A stretch of 64,000 bases of DNA from a virus. A model generated the notes under the pieces. The model saw only the letters and a list, made by a program, of their open reading frames with translations. It did not search any database and was not told the origin of the DNA. Positions 27,901 to 36,228 of the stretch are shown in pieces (position 1 is the stretch's first letter; each line of letters opens with the position of its first letter). The translations under genes and the position numbers were made by a program. The DNA lies in the IMG/VR virus record IMGVR_UViG_3300005077_000018, positions 1,686-65,685 of that record. One strand, 5' to 3'.

Positions 27901-29318
27901 TTACAGCTCTAAGATTCTTGTCTATTTTTGCCGTCATTCTTCCGGTAGTTTTGGCTCTTCAGGGTCCTCTTGCTGGAGTAGTTACAGCTCTAACAGGGCT
28001 CGGAGCACCGGCTCTTTTCGCTGTTGGTCTCATGGCTCTTCTCGGCGGAGGAATAATTGCTGTTCAGGATGCTTACGATGCTGGAAAATTCGACGGAATC
28101 CTAAAATTCTTCAACGAGCTTGGACCGAACATAAAAGAAGGAGTATCTAAAGCTTCGGAGGCTGTAACAGAGTGGATAACTACAATTTCGGAGAGTATAA
28201 ATACTTGGATTCAGGAAACTTTTGGAGAGGGAGGAACTTTAGAAACTTCCTTCTCAGAATTCGGAGCAACCGTAACAGAAAAGTTGGGTGAGATAGGAAC
28301 TTCTCTCGCCGAGTGGTACAATTCAGTTTTTGGAGAGCAGGGAACCATAACTCTCGCAAAAGATGCCTTCTTCGACGCTATCATGAAAACCTACGAAGAT
28401 TTCGGAATATGGATTTCGGAGAAAGCTACGGAAATATCTGAAACCCTAGGAACGTGGATAGTAGATACCTTCGGGGAAGAAGGAACAGTTACCACAGGAA
28501 TCAAAAATTTCTGGGAATCTACCAAACTAGGATTCTCTTTATGGGCATTGGACGTTCTAGGTAAATTTCTGGAGCTCAAAGATAGTGTAGTCGCATGGCT
28601 TACGGAAACATTCGGTCCTGAAGGAACTCTAATTACCGGATTCTCCGAATTCATCACTACTACGGTAGAGGATTTCTCTACGTGGATTTCAGACGTATTT
28701 GAGAAATTCAACGAGCTGATGAAGAGTCTAGGAGATTGGGTGGTAGATGTTTTCGGTCCTGAAGGAAGTTTGATCGAAGGAATAAAAGCATTCGGAACAG
28801 AATTCGAAGCCTGGTGGGACAAAGTTTTCGGTCCTGAGGGTCTTCTAGTTTCTTGGTTTTCGGATTTCTTCGAGAACGTAGTTCCCGGTATAGTTGAGGA
28901 TTTTGTTTCTCTGGGTCAAGATCTAGTGAAGGGAGTTATTCACGGAATAACCAAAATGTGGGAATGGGGAGTAGATCAGGTATCTACCTTCTTCAACGAT
29001 CTGATAGAAGCCGCAAGAGGAGCGGTAAGAGCTGAATCTCCGTCAAAAGAATTCGCCGATTTGGGTGTAGATATCGTTCAGGGACTAGTTCTTGGTATTC
29101 AGTCTCTGTCACATGTTCCTCAGGATTTGATAACCGGAATGCTCAAGAGAAGTATATCTGCATCAGTAGCTCTTTCATCTCCGTCTAATTTCGGATCCTC
29201 TACCGTATACAATGACAATAGGGTCAGCGTGAATATGCAAGCTTCTTACGCTGGCTCTCCTTCACCAGTTACCGTTTATCACGATCTTACTGCGGCTCTA
29301 GCTTCTGCGAGGTTATAG
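24900..29318 (+). CDS. Tape measure protein
   Basis: 1472 aa; tape-measure domain (TPFTVENL, GQMMAAGKPTGRELRDL), W/F helical repeats, C-terminal SPSKEF. Confidence 0.95.
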   Translation: MATPAEIGLRAVLDMANMDSNSKRFLAEVDQLKKEVSSFASSSSSSLRNSGKEMGIFGEAVHRVSSIVNGIIVADIFRGIAREIRGVVSEVFQATSEFQSLQIQFETLAARDYMAEFGGSIDEALEATSGTAQDLLMWVRQIAVTTPFTVENLGNTLAMGKAYGFTTEEAQKLVLTVGDFTAGMGLSGEVMERIIYNMGQMMAAGKPTGRELRDLSNSFVPVIEIADRMAEKLGVTRNEMLEMFRTGKVSAREFVDEFTLLVGEQFPGAMERMSRTFQGVTSNIQDFIQTILGFELLGPIASDIASDLNDALKGLLTPEVFSVAEAGGESLSFAYGKIAEAVKAGISSISDFRKALGINAPTVTGFAESILRIAANAVNMAEGVYAGFDSLSAAISDVLGFFNTSFEQLGADMQLWGQNVIYQFAAGIVQGIVFVIQAITAVANTITKMLQANSPPLILPELEEWGASAMLSYMNGWRNADFSAFEDIGALLERAIMSWRGTTDEQDLVSRVIGSTISMSSAVEEFKNFGRVSESTLSKIADAAGFASDEFKDFINLSLSFEGFQGISDAVESALDFEGVGSVNVFGQVVDSFQDLISMADLFGRDLSATVSSYASDSMRLIEINDLVKRSQEEINTVTKQYDEVLASLNAELQLLINRQEDTTRIYDIDKALTSKILTSRERERLELEKKRILLEREIKTTQAEKNTTLSTLKSKLEGYQQEQDAIEARVNREKDLLKSLSEAQLQSAKDQLEAVRSVIQAQIELNELYGRTIEVGVKAKKGGAGSAEELAEEIESAISGAIGSGINTEDIELAFDELWETIKAEVDKAWEEFGKIFDPIEEPFNELVGALEQLFGSGELQKSIDGFVADVQTALKPLSDWWETDGEKLATAFGEIFGTILGNIIADNPNTGKSMLDVIAESLGYIVDSIVENGPELTDLLGDVKDFLNDDAFPKIQEILLKISKDVIPKIIDFVVQAGPTVLDILGFIVRNVDKIVLFLTALRFLSIFAVILPVVLALQGPLAGVVTALTGLGAPALFAVGLMALLGGGIIAVQDAYDAGKFDGILKFFNELGPNIKEGVSKASEAVTEWITTISESINTWIQETFGEGGTLETSFSEFGATVTEKLGEIGTSLAEWYNSVFGEQGTITLAKDAFFDAIMKTYEDFGIWISEKATEISETLGTWIVDTFGEEGTVTTGIKNFWESTKLGFSLWALDVLGKFLELKDSVVAWLTETFGPEGTLITGFSEFITTTVEDFSTWISDVFEKFNELMKSLGDWVVDVFGPEGSLIEGIKAFGTEFEAWWDKVFGPEGLLVSWFSDFFENVVPGIVEDFVSLGQDLVKGVIHGITKMWEWGVDQVSTFFNDLIEAARGAVRAESPSKEFADLGVDIVQGLVLGIQSLSHVPQDLITGMLKRSISASVALSSPSNFGSSTVYNDNRVSVNMQASYAGSPSPVTVYHDLTAALASARL

Positions 29319-29319
29319 A

Positions 29320-30249
29320 ATGAACTGTGTTACTGAATTCACTTCATTTATAACACCTGACGGAGTTGAGTACAAGTTTGACACCTCTCACAGATTCATC
29401 TTGACCGAGGAAGGATTTGGAGCGGCTCCGGTTACTTACATAACTCAAAAAGGTCCTTTTCAACACGGAGAATCCATAATAGATTTCAGATTAACTCCGA
29501 GAACTATTCAGATGGTTATTCGCAATAATGGAGATTCCAGGCAAGATTACTGGAACAATCGGTCCGGACTTCTGAATGCTCTTCGTCCCAATAGATCTTT
29601 GTCAGGACAAATGAATTCAGGAAAACTGAGAAAAATTTTCCAAGACGGTTCAATTAGAGACATAGACGTAGTTTGTGTTTCTGGTCCTGGATTCGTAGCC
29701 AGAGATCTTTCCAGGTGGGATGAATGGGGTTTCACGGAAACGCTAAGATTCATAGCGTATGACCCTACTTTCTACAATCCTGTGGAACAAGTTGTCACTT
29801 GGGCTACGATGATTGTGTCGAGTTTCGCCGGATACATGACTTTTCCTATCACATTTCCGCTCACTACCGGAACTATTCTATCCGATAAGAGCGACACGGT
29901 AACTTACGCAGGTTCCTGGCTATCGTATCCGAGAATTAAAGCTACAGGACCTATAGAAAATCTTATTCTTCAAAACGAGTCAACAGGAGAAAGAATATCT
30001 TTTCTATACGATATTCAAGAGGGCGAAGAAGTGACCTTTGATCTTTCGTATGGAAACAAAACCGTCATTTCGTCTACCGGAGCTAATCTTATAGGAGCGG
30101 TTAGTTCAGACAGCGATCTTGTAACTTTTCATCTTGCTCCTGATCCTGAGGTCGTCAATGGGATAAACGAGATATCAGTTTCTGCCTCGGCTATAACCGA
30201 TGAATCAGGTCTTGAAATAAGATACTACGAAAGATTCGTGGGAATCTAG
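29320..30249 (+). CDS. Distal tail protein (Dit-like)
   Basis: After TMP; QHGE, AYDPTFY, YPRIKATGP. Confidence 0.8.
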   Translation: MNCVTEFTSFITPDGVEYKFDTSHRFILTEEGFGAAPVTYITQKGPFQHGESIIDFRLTPRTIQMVIRNNGDSRQDYWNNRSGLLNALRPNRSLSGQMNSGKLRKIFQDGSIRDIDVVCVSGPGFVARDLSRWDEWGFTETLRFIAYDPTFYNPVEQVVTWATMIVSSFAGYMTFPITFPLTTGTILSDKSDTVTYAGSWLSYPRIKATGPIENLILQNESTGERISFLYDIQEGEEVTFDLSYGNKTVISSTGANLIGAVSSDSDLVTFHLAPDPEVVNGINEISVSASAITDESGLEIRYYERFVGI

Positions 30250-30251
30250 AG

Positions 30252-31382
30252 ATGCAGAGCATAACTCCAGCCTATACCGTCATTCTTAGGGATTGGAATT
30301 TCAATGTGATAGCCATATTTGACAATCCTCTGATGCTATCATACTCTAAGAAAATTCATGACGTCAACTCCTTCTCTGTGAGTCTGTCTGCAAGAGATTC
30401 AAGAGTAGACTTATTTCTTCTGGACTATTTCGTAGAAATAATCCGATCAGTTCCAGGACTTGGAATAACTCCGTATAGAGAATTTCTGGGATTTCACAGA
30501 GATCCTAGCTTCAACATGGACTCAGATGGACAGGCTATCTTTACCAGTACGGGAGTTGGTCTGATCTATATCCTTCAGGGAGGAATAATAAATTATCATG
30601 AAGGAACTATTAGATCGTACAAGGAATGCTCATCTAACAGAGCCATGCAGGAATATGTTGAGGAGAATTGTACAGAGATGGCTACAGTCTCCAACGAGCG
30701 ATTAGCTGATTCTGTGATTCCTGGATTTATGATCGACGAGAAGTCAGATTATGGACCTGTGTGGGAAGGAGATAGAGCCTTTCAGAATCTTCTGGATGTG
30801 ATTAAGGACATATCGTCTTTCTCTTCCATAGATTTTGACGTTCTTAAGGATGATACGCTAGGAAAAATAGTCTTTAGAACCTATCCTCTGGGAATAGGTT
30901 CTGATAGAACTAATAGAGGTCTTCAATCATCTACCGGACTCAATCAGGCGGGAAACTCTCCGGTAGTATTCGCTAGAGAGCTGGGCAACGTTTCAGTTAT
31001 ATCTTATAAGAAAAGTTCCAGCTCTGAAGTAAATATCGTATCCGTTCTAGGAGAAGGTGACGGAGCTACTAGACATGTAGAGGTTAGGGAATCTGACAGA
31101 AGAAATGATTCTCCGTTCAATCGAAGAGAAGTCAGTAGACCCTATACCGGATTTACTTACGAAATGCAAGTATTCGGAGACGAAATTCTTAATGATGGAA
31201 GAGCTAAGGAGATTATATCCATAACTCCTATTCTTCTTCCTACATCTATGTACGGTCTTCACTATTTCGTTGGAGATTGGATTACCGTTAGATTTAGAGG
31301 AGTTGACTATCACAAAAGAATAGTCAGCGTGAAAAATACCGTCGGAACTTCGGACAGTTTGGCTATTTCGTTCGAGGAATAG
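30252..31382 (+). CDS. Baseplate hub / minor tail protein
   Basis: After Dit; VLGEGDGATR, HYFVGDWITV. Confidence 0.65.
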   Translation: MQSITPAYTVILRDWNFNVIAIFDNPLMLSYSKKIHDVNSFSVSLSARDSRVDLFLLDYFVEIIRSVPGLGITPYREFLGFHRDPSFNMDSDGQAIFTSTGVGLIYILQGGIINYHEGTIRSYKECSSNRAMQEYVEENCTEMATVSNERLADSVIPGFMIDEKSDYGPVWEGDRAFQNLLDVIKDISSFSSIDFDVLKDDTLGKIVFRTYPLGIGSDRTNRGLQSSTGLNQAGNSPVVFARELGNVSVISYKKSSSSEVNIVSVLGEGDGATRHVEVRESDRRNDSPFNRREVSRPYTGFTYEMQVFGDEILNDGRAKEIISITPILLPTSMYGLHYFVGDWITVRFRGVDYHKRIVSVKNTVGTSDSLAISFEE

Positions 31383-31395
31383 CAGGAGGACACAG

Positions 31396-32448
31396 ATGGC
31401 TGAAAGCTCTTATTTCTGGGGAGGAACTACTACTGGAGATGCAGGTCCGTACACTGACGACGCATTTTCCGATGCTTTTGCCAAGATATTTCTTAGAGAT
31501 AGAACTACTCAAGGAGTTCTAAAGGGTATAGGATCTGAGCTGGTAGTTTCTAATCCCTCAGGAATGACTTTGAGAGTAGCCTCTGGATACGGAATTGTTG
31601 ATGGAAAAATCTACTTCAATACCGCCAACGTAGATACTACGATATCAGTTCCCGGAGCTTTGAGGTATTACAGAGTAGTTCTTCGAAAATCTTTTACGGC
31701 TCAAACTGTAAGAGTTGCTATTCTCGGCCCTTCTGTTGGATCGTTTCCTGCTCTTACTCAGAATGACGGTACAACCTGGGAGATTTCTCTGGCTACCTTC
31801 ACAATAGATGCTTCTAACGTTTTCACTATTACTGACACCCGTCAATTCTGTGTGTTTACCGGAAATGTAGCTACTGAAGTTATAGCCGATTCAGCGGTAA
31901 CTACAGTCAAGATAGCTGATCTTAACGTAACTGGAGCTAAGATTGCCAACGAGACCATAACACCGGATAAAATTGACAATAGAACCAGAAGATTCTATGT
32001 TCCTGTAGAGAATGCAGTTGATGATGGAACTGTAATCAACAAAATTAGCAACGGTTTCGGTTGGATGACCAACAACTCTGGTATGACCTGGTTCCAGGGA
32101 GCTTTTCTTGTTCCTGACGACTATGTGTCCGACCTGATGGTATATGGTCTATTCGCAAATCATGGAGCTAGCAATAATCAAGTAGTTCTGAACTTTCAGG
32201 CGAAGTATTTCTTCGTAAGTGGATCCCACGATACTCCTACTGAGGAAAACATAACAGGAAGAGTAGCGGTCATTCCAAGTGGAGGAACTCTATACTTCGA
32301 TTTGTTCGTCCATCTTCCGGACGTGGAAGCCAATGACTTGGTGGAATTGTATGCGGCAAGAGACGGAGCCAACGTCAATGACACCGGAACTGTAGCATTC
32401 GGATGTCAATTTCACGGATTCTATGTAACCTATATGGCTGACAGCTAA
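31396..32448 (+). CDS. Minor tail / baseplate protein
   Basis: Position; VASGYGIVDG, ALTQNDGTTWEISLA, IADSAVTTVKIAD repeat. Confidence 0.6.
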   Translation: MAESSYFWGGTTTGDAGPYTDDAFSDAFAKIFLRDRTTQGVLKGIGSELVVSNPSGMTLRVASGYGIVDGKIYFNTANVDTTISVPGALRYYRVVLRKSFTAQTVRVAILGPSVGSFPALTQNDGTTWEISLATFTIDASNVFTITDTRQFCVFTGNVATEVIADSAVTTVKIADLNVTGAKIANETITPDKIDNRTRRFYVPVENAVDDGTVINKISNGFGWMTNNSGMTWFQGAFLVPDDYVSDLMVYGLFANHGASNNQVVLNFQAKYFFVSGSHDTPTEENITGRVAVIPSGGTLYFDLFVHLPDVEANDLVELYAARDGANVNDTGTVAFGCQFHGFYVTYMADS

Positions 32449-32449
32449 A

Positions 32450-35071
32450 ATGAGTGAACTAGAAGAATCCATCATAAATTCACTTTCTAGTCTAGCCAAA
32501 AGAGTTAGAACTCTTGAAACTAGATCGACGGGAATATCCTCTGAGACCACTGATTCCGACATATCTCTCGGAGAATTAACTGATGTTAGTTCTACAGTTG
32601 CCGGAGCTTCCGATAGGGATGCTCTTGTATTTGATCAGGGATCCTCAGAGTGGATTCCGGAGGAAATTCCTCGATCTCTAGAAGAGCTGTCAGATGTGAG
32701 TATTTCCTCACCCCCGTCAGACGGAAATCTTCTTGAATTTGATTCGTCTTCAGGTAGATGGATTCCAGGAGACGGATTGTCCACAATCGGTCCCTTTGCC
32801 CCGGATCCTCACGATCTGGATGGAGATCATCATACAGGAACAATCTCTGACGATCAAGGTCCTCAGTTCTTCCTCTTGGACGGCACTAGAACGATAACAG
32901 GAAACATTGATCTTTCAGAATTGTCTACCGTTGATGGAGTAGATCTAAGTGAGTTCAAGAGTGACTTCGACTCCCATAATCATGATCTCTATCATCTAAG
33001 ATTAGGAACTCCTGACGTAATAACAGCTGTTCATTCGTTTGAGCCAGCTTCTACGTCTGCTCCATTTTCTCTTGGAACGAATGCTCAGGGTCAGTTAGTT
33101 GCGGGATTTCAGGCGGATCAGCTCAACAAGTCCGTAATTGCCGGAGATGGACTTCTTACCGGAGGACTTCTTACCGCTGACGTTACTTTGGAAATAAATG
33201 AGGCGTTCGAGTTTGTATGGTCAGCGTCTCATGAGTTTCAGAGTAGCATAAATCTTAGTGACGCAATTCCTAGACAATCCTATCAGTTTGACTTAGGATC
33301 TGCCGATAAATTGTGGGGAGTTCTTCACGTAGCGGAATTGGATACCTTCCTGATCAAAGCGGACGCTATATCTGTCATGGGAGGAAAACAGATTGTGGCT
33401 AAAGCGGAAGGACTTCTTCCTCTTGATGTAGATGCGGTTCAAACTGATATAGATTTTTCAGGAATTCTATCCGTTGGAGACTTCATTCTTTTGAAGACTC
33501 TTCTTCAGGTTGAATTCATGCAGATTACTGCTTTCATATCCGGAACTACATATACAGTTACCAGAAATGTAGATGGAACCGGAGCGAATTCCTGGCCCGC
33601 TGGATCCGTTTGGGTTGATCTGGGATCCTTTCAAGACGGAAGAATAGAGCTAGAAGCTGTATCTACCCCAAGAATTTCTATTGTGCTTCAAGGAGCTACT
33701 TTTGATGAAGTGGATTCTGAACCTCTAAGAATAGGAGATCTTGAAGGATGGGACGATGTAGTAGGAACTCGATACGGAGTAGGTATAGGAGACTTTTCGG
33801 GAGAGAATTATTTCAAATACGATCCGGTAGAAGGATTTTCCCTTCGATCAGGAGACGGAAAACTACAAATAGATCCAAATGGATTTAGTTTTCTTCTTCA
33901 ACCGGCTCTTGATTCGTCTACAGCTATAAAGTGGACTACTTCCTATGGAACTTCCAGTTTATCTAGTTTGACTACTTACTCAGGTACAGGTGGATTCTAT
34001 GCCTCGGAATGGGTTTTGAATACTCCAGAGCCTTCCTTGATACGAATGAGGTCAGATCATGACTTTGGATCTCAACCGTCGGCTAGTATTCAACTTCTTG
34101 CAGGATGGGATTTGGATGGAATTTCAGATTTAGCCAGAAAATCTCAAGTTATCCTAACTGCTCAAGGAGATACCGCCGAAAGATCGTCAGTTGGACTTTC
34201 TGCGGACGATATACTCATAACCAAACATGAAGATGGAGCTAATGCGTCTTCTCCTATAATATCTATTGAGGAAACTTCTTCTAATCCTTCCGATCCATCT
34301 TCTACGAAAATAAAGCTCTACTCCAGATACGGAATTCCCACCATACGAAGATCCAACGGAGCTATGCACTCTCTGATATATGCCGATAAATTTCTTGAGG
34401 CAATTCCTGGAGGAACGGTATGGGCTGGGAGTTCCATGGTAGCTGGATCATTTCTGATAGCTGACAGATCTGGAGGAGGAAATCATCTTACGAGATCCGG
34501 AGCAGGAGTTTCTGTAGCTCCTAACGCTGGAACTGTAGGAAAGACTGTTCTCCCTTCTGTTTCGTTTAATGGATCAACCTATGCCTATAGAACCAATGCC
34601 AATCAGCTTCAGCCAAATAACGGTAATTATCAATGTCTCGGAGGATGGTATTATTTAGACGCAGTAAATAGATATCATTCCTTGATGCAATTCGGAGTGG
34701 CTACTCCGAATATTTCTCTGTACATAAATAATGCTAACGGAATAGAATTTCGTTTCTGGAATACAATAGGAACATTTTATACTCATGGAGTGGGTGTTGG
34801 AGTTACTACCGGATGGCATTTTTTCTTGGCCTATCTTTATTGGAATAGTTCGGTTAGTCAGCAAATGGGTCTAATGTATGACGGAACCTGGTGGTATTAC
34901 ACTCCAACTTCCACTTCTACAATTAGAGCTCCCGGAGGAGATTTTAGACTAGGTCATGACGGAAGTAATTTTCTTCTGGGAAAATTCTCTGTTGCTTTTA
35001 CCGGAGACTATTCTGGATGCATAGAGTTGGGAACCGAATATTACAATATGACGAGGAATCTGTTCAAATGA
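32450..35071 (+). CDS. Tail fibre / receptor-binding protein with C-terminal LamG/ConA-like domain
   Basis: LxELSDV repeats; C-terminal LGGWYYLD...GWHFF...DFRLG. Confidence 0.7.
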   Translation: MSELEESIINSLSSLAKRVRTLETRSTGISSETTDSDISLGELTDVSSTVAGASDRDALVFDQGSSEWIPEEIPRSLEELSDVSISSPPSDGNLLEFDSSSGRWIPGDGLSTIGPFAPDPHDLDGDHHTGTISDDQGPQFFLLDGTRTITGNIDLSELSTVDGVDLSEFKSDFDSHNHDLYHLRLGTPDVITAVHSFEPASTSAPFSLGTNAQGQLVAGFQADQLNKSVIAGDGLLTGGLLTADVTLEINEAFEFVWSASHEFQSSINLSDAIPRQSYQFDLGSADKLWGVLHVAELDTFLIKADAISVMGGKQIVAKAEGLLPLDVDAVQTDIDFSGILSVGDFILLKTLLQVEFMQITAFISGTTYTVTRNVDGTGANSWPAGSVWVDLGSFQDGRIELEAVSTPRISIVLQGATFDEVDSEPLRIGDLEGWDDVVGTRYGVGIGDFSGENYFKYDPVEGFSLRSGDGKLQIDPNGFSFLLQPALDSSTAIKWTTSYGTSSLSSLTTYSGTGGFYASEWVLNTPEPSLIRMRSDHDFGSQPSASIQLLAGWDLDGISDLARKSQVILTAQGDTAERSSVGLSADDILITKHEDGANASSPIISIEETSSNPSDPSSTKIKLYSRYGIPTIRRSNGAMHSLIYADKFLEAIPGGTVWAGSSMVAGSFLIADRSGGGNHLTRSGAGVSVAPNAGTVGKTVLPSVSFNGSTYAYRTNANQLQPNNGNYQCLGGWYYLDAVNRYHSLMQFGVATPNISLYINNANGIEFRFWNTIGTFYTHGVGVGVTTGWHFFLAYLYWNSSVSQQMGLMYDGTWWYYTPTSTSTIRAPGGDFRLGHDGSNFLLGKFSVAFTGDYSGCIELGTEYYNMTRNLFK

Positions 35072-35265
35072 AAATAGAAACCATAGAAAGTATGCTCAGA
35101 GAACTGGAGGATAAACTCCTTTCCGGAAAAGAAAAACTTGCAGAGTTGGATGCTACCAGAAGATCTCTTTTGGATAGTTTGATTGAGATATCCGGAGCAA
35201 TTAAGATCTGCAGAAGAATTCTTAGCTCAGAGGAGATCGAAGATGCCAACAACCCCAACTCCTAA
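35068..35265 (+). CDS. Small coiled-coil protein
   Basis: ATGA-coupled start, heptad pattern. Confidence 0.55.
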   Translation: MKIETIESMLRELEDKLLSGKEKLAELDATRRSLLDSLIEISGAIKICRRILSSEEIEDANNPNS

Positions 35266-35728
35266 AAACCTTTCTGACACAGTGTCTAAGTTCGATTTAA
35301 TCCTTGAGAAGATTGAGGCTATTCAAACCACGCAGAATTTGCGTTTCGCCAATCTGGAAACTTCCTTGATCAAATTAGAGGAGACTGGCGAAGAGAGCAG
35401 AAGAGCATTACGTGGTTCAAACGGAGACGTTGGACTCGTGGGTACAGTGAATAACTTGATCTCAAGAGTCAGAGAGATTGAGCGATCAGTTGACGAACTG
35501 ACGAAACAGGTCATGGAGCAGGGAAAACTAGTCAAAACTCATGGTGCTCATGCCGATTCGTCAAGAACACAAAAGGAGGAAATTATCGAGATAGTAAAGG
35601 AAGCAACCAGTGAGGATCACGTTGTAAGATGGTCTACTGTAAGAGATAAGACTTTGTGGCCTCTGATTCTGATAGCCATTCTCGGACTAGCTTTCTTGCT
35701 CGGTCAGCAAGGTCTAATTCACCCCTGA
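35243..35728 (+). CDS. Coiled-coil protein with C-terminal TM helix (lysis-associated?)
   Basis: AGGAG RBS; C-terminal LWPLILIAILGLAFLLG. Confidence 0.6.
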   Translation: MPTTPTPKNLSDTVSKFDLILEKIEAIQTTQNLRFANLETSLIKLEETGEESRRALRGSNGDVGLVGTVNNLISRVREIERSVDELTKQVMEQGKLVKTHGAHADSSRTQKEEIIEIVKEATSEDHVVRWSTVRDKTLWPLILIAILGLAFLLGQQGLIHP

Positions 35729-35737
35729 GGAGTTGAC

Positions 35738-36064
35738 ATGACTGTAGAGAAGGTTGTTTTTCTTGCCGTCGTGGTTGAAGCTGTAGTGAATTTGTTCATG
35801 TCAGTTTACAACCACAAAGAGGGATCTCCATTCTACAAGAATATTGAGTGGAAACTGATTGCATCCCTAATCGTAGGAGAATTCGTTGCCTTCGGTTTCG
35901 GAATCGATATTACCGAAATCGTCGGAATTCCTCCTGTAATTCAGCCGGCGGGTTTGATCCTTACCGGACTTCTTCTCGGAAGAGGATCCAACTTCGTTCA
36001 TGATTTGTTCTCCCTGGTCAAATCTGGCAAGGAGATGAATCAAGAGAGGCTGAAATCTCTGTAG
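35738..36064 (+). CDS. Putative holin
   Basis: Three hydrophobic segments and TGLLLGRGSNFVHDL motif at the end of the late operon. Confidence 0.7.
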   Translation: MTVEKVVFLAVVVEAVVNLFMSVYNHKEGSPFYKNIEWKLIASLIVGEFVAFGFGIDITEIVGIPPVIQPAGLILTGLLLGRGSNFVHDLFSLVKSGKEMNQERLKSL

Positions 36065-36070
36065 TTCTCA

Positions 36071-36101
36071 GCAATAGGGCAGATTATTTCTGCCCTATTG
36101 C
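36071..36101. terminator. Perfect 13-bp hairpin ending the late operon
   Basis: GCAATAGGGCAGA ttatt TCTGCCCTATTGC. Confidence 0.75.
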
Positions 36102-36126
36102 ATTTAAATCTCAGATGTGGTAAAAT
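36098..36126 (+). promoter_or_regulatory. Sigma70-type promoter 1 of the replication operon
   Basis: TTGCAT-17-TAAAAT with TG extension. Confidence 0.7.
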
Positions 36127-36170
36127 AAAAATATGACATTCAATTTTGAGATTAATTTTGTTTCGCCCTA

Positions 36171-36199
36171 TTGCTTTTTGGCTTCAGGTATGCTATAAT
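36171..36199 (+). promoter_or_regulatory. Sigma70-type promoter 2 of the replication operon
   Basis: TTGCTT-17-TATAAT with TG extension. Confidence 0.8.
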
Positions 36200-36228
36200 T
36201 TAGGTACAAAATTACAAAGAGGATTCAA

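Noticed and set aside
24900-29318. Numerous antisense ORFs in TMP and other long genes
   Set aside because: Expected shadows of TCT/TTC-rich codon use; no RBS or motif support
31396-35071. Diversity-generating retroelement targeting the tail fibre
   Set aside because: No reverse transcriptase and no TR/VR repeat pair seen
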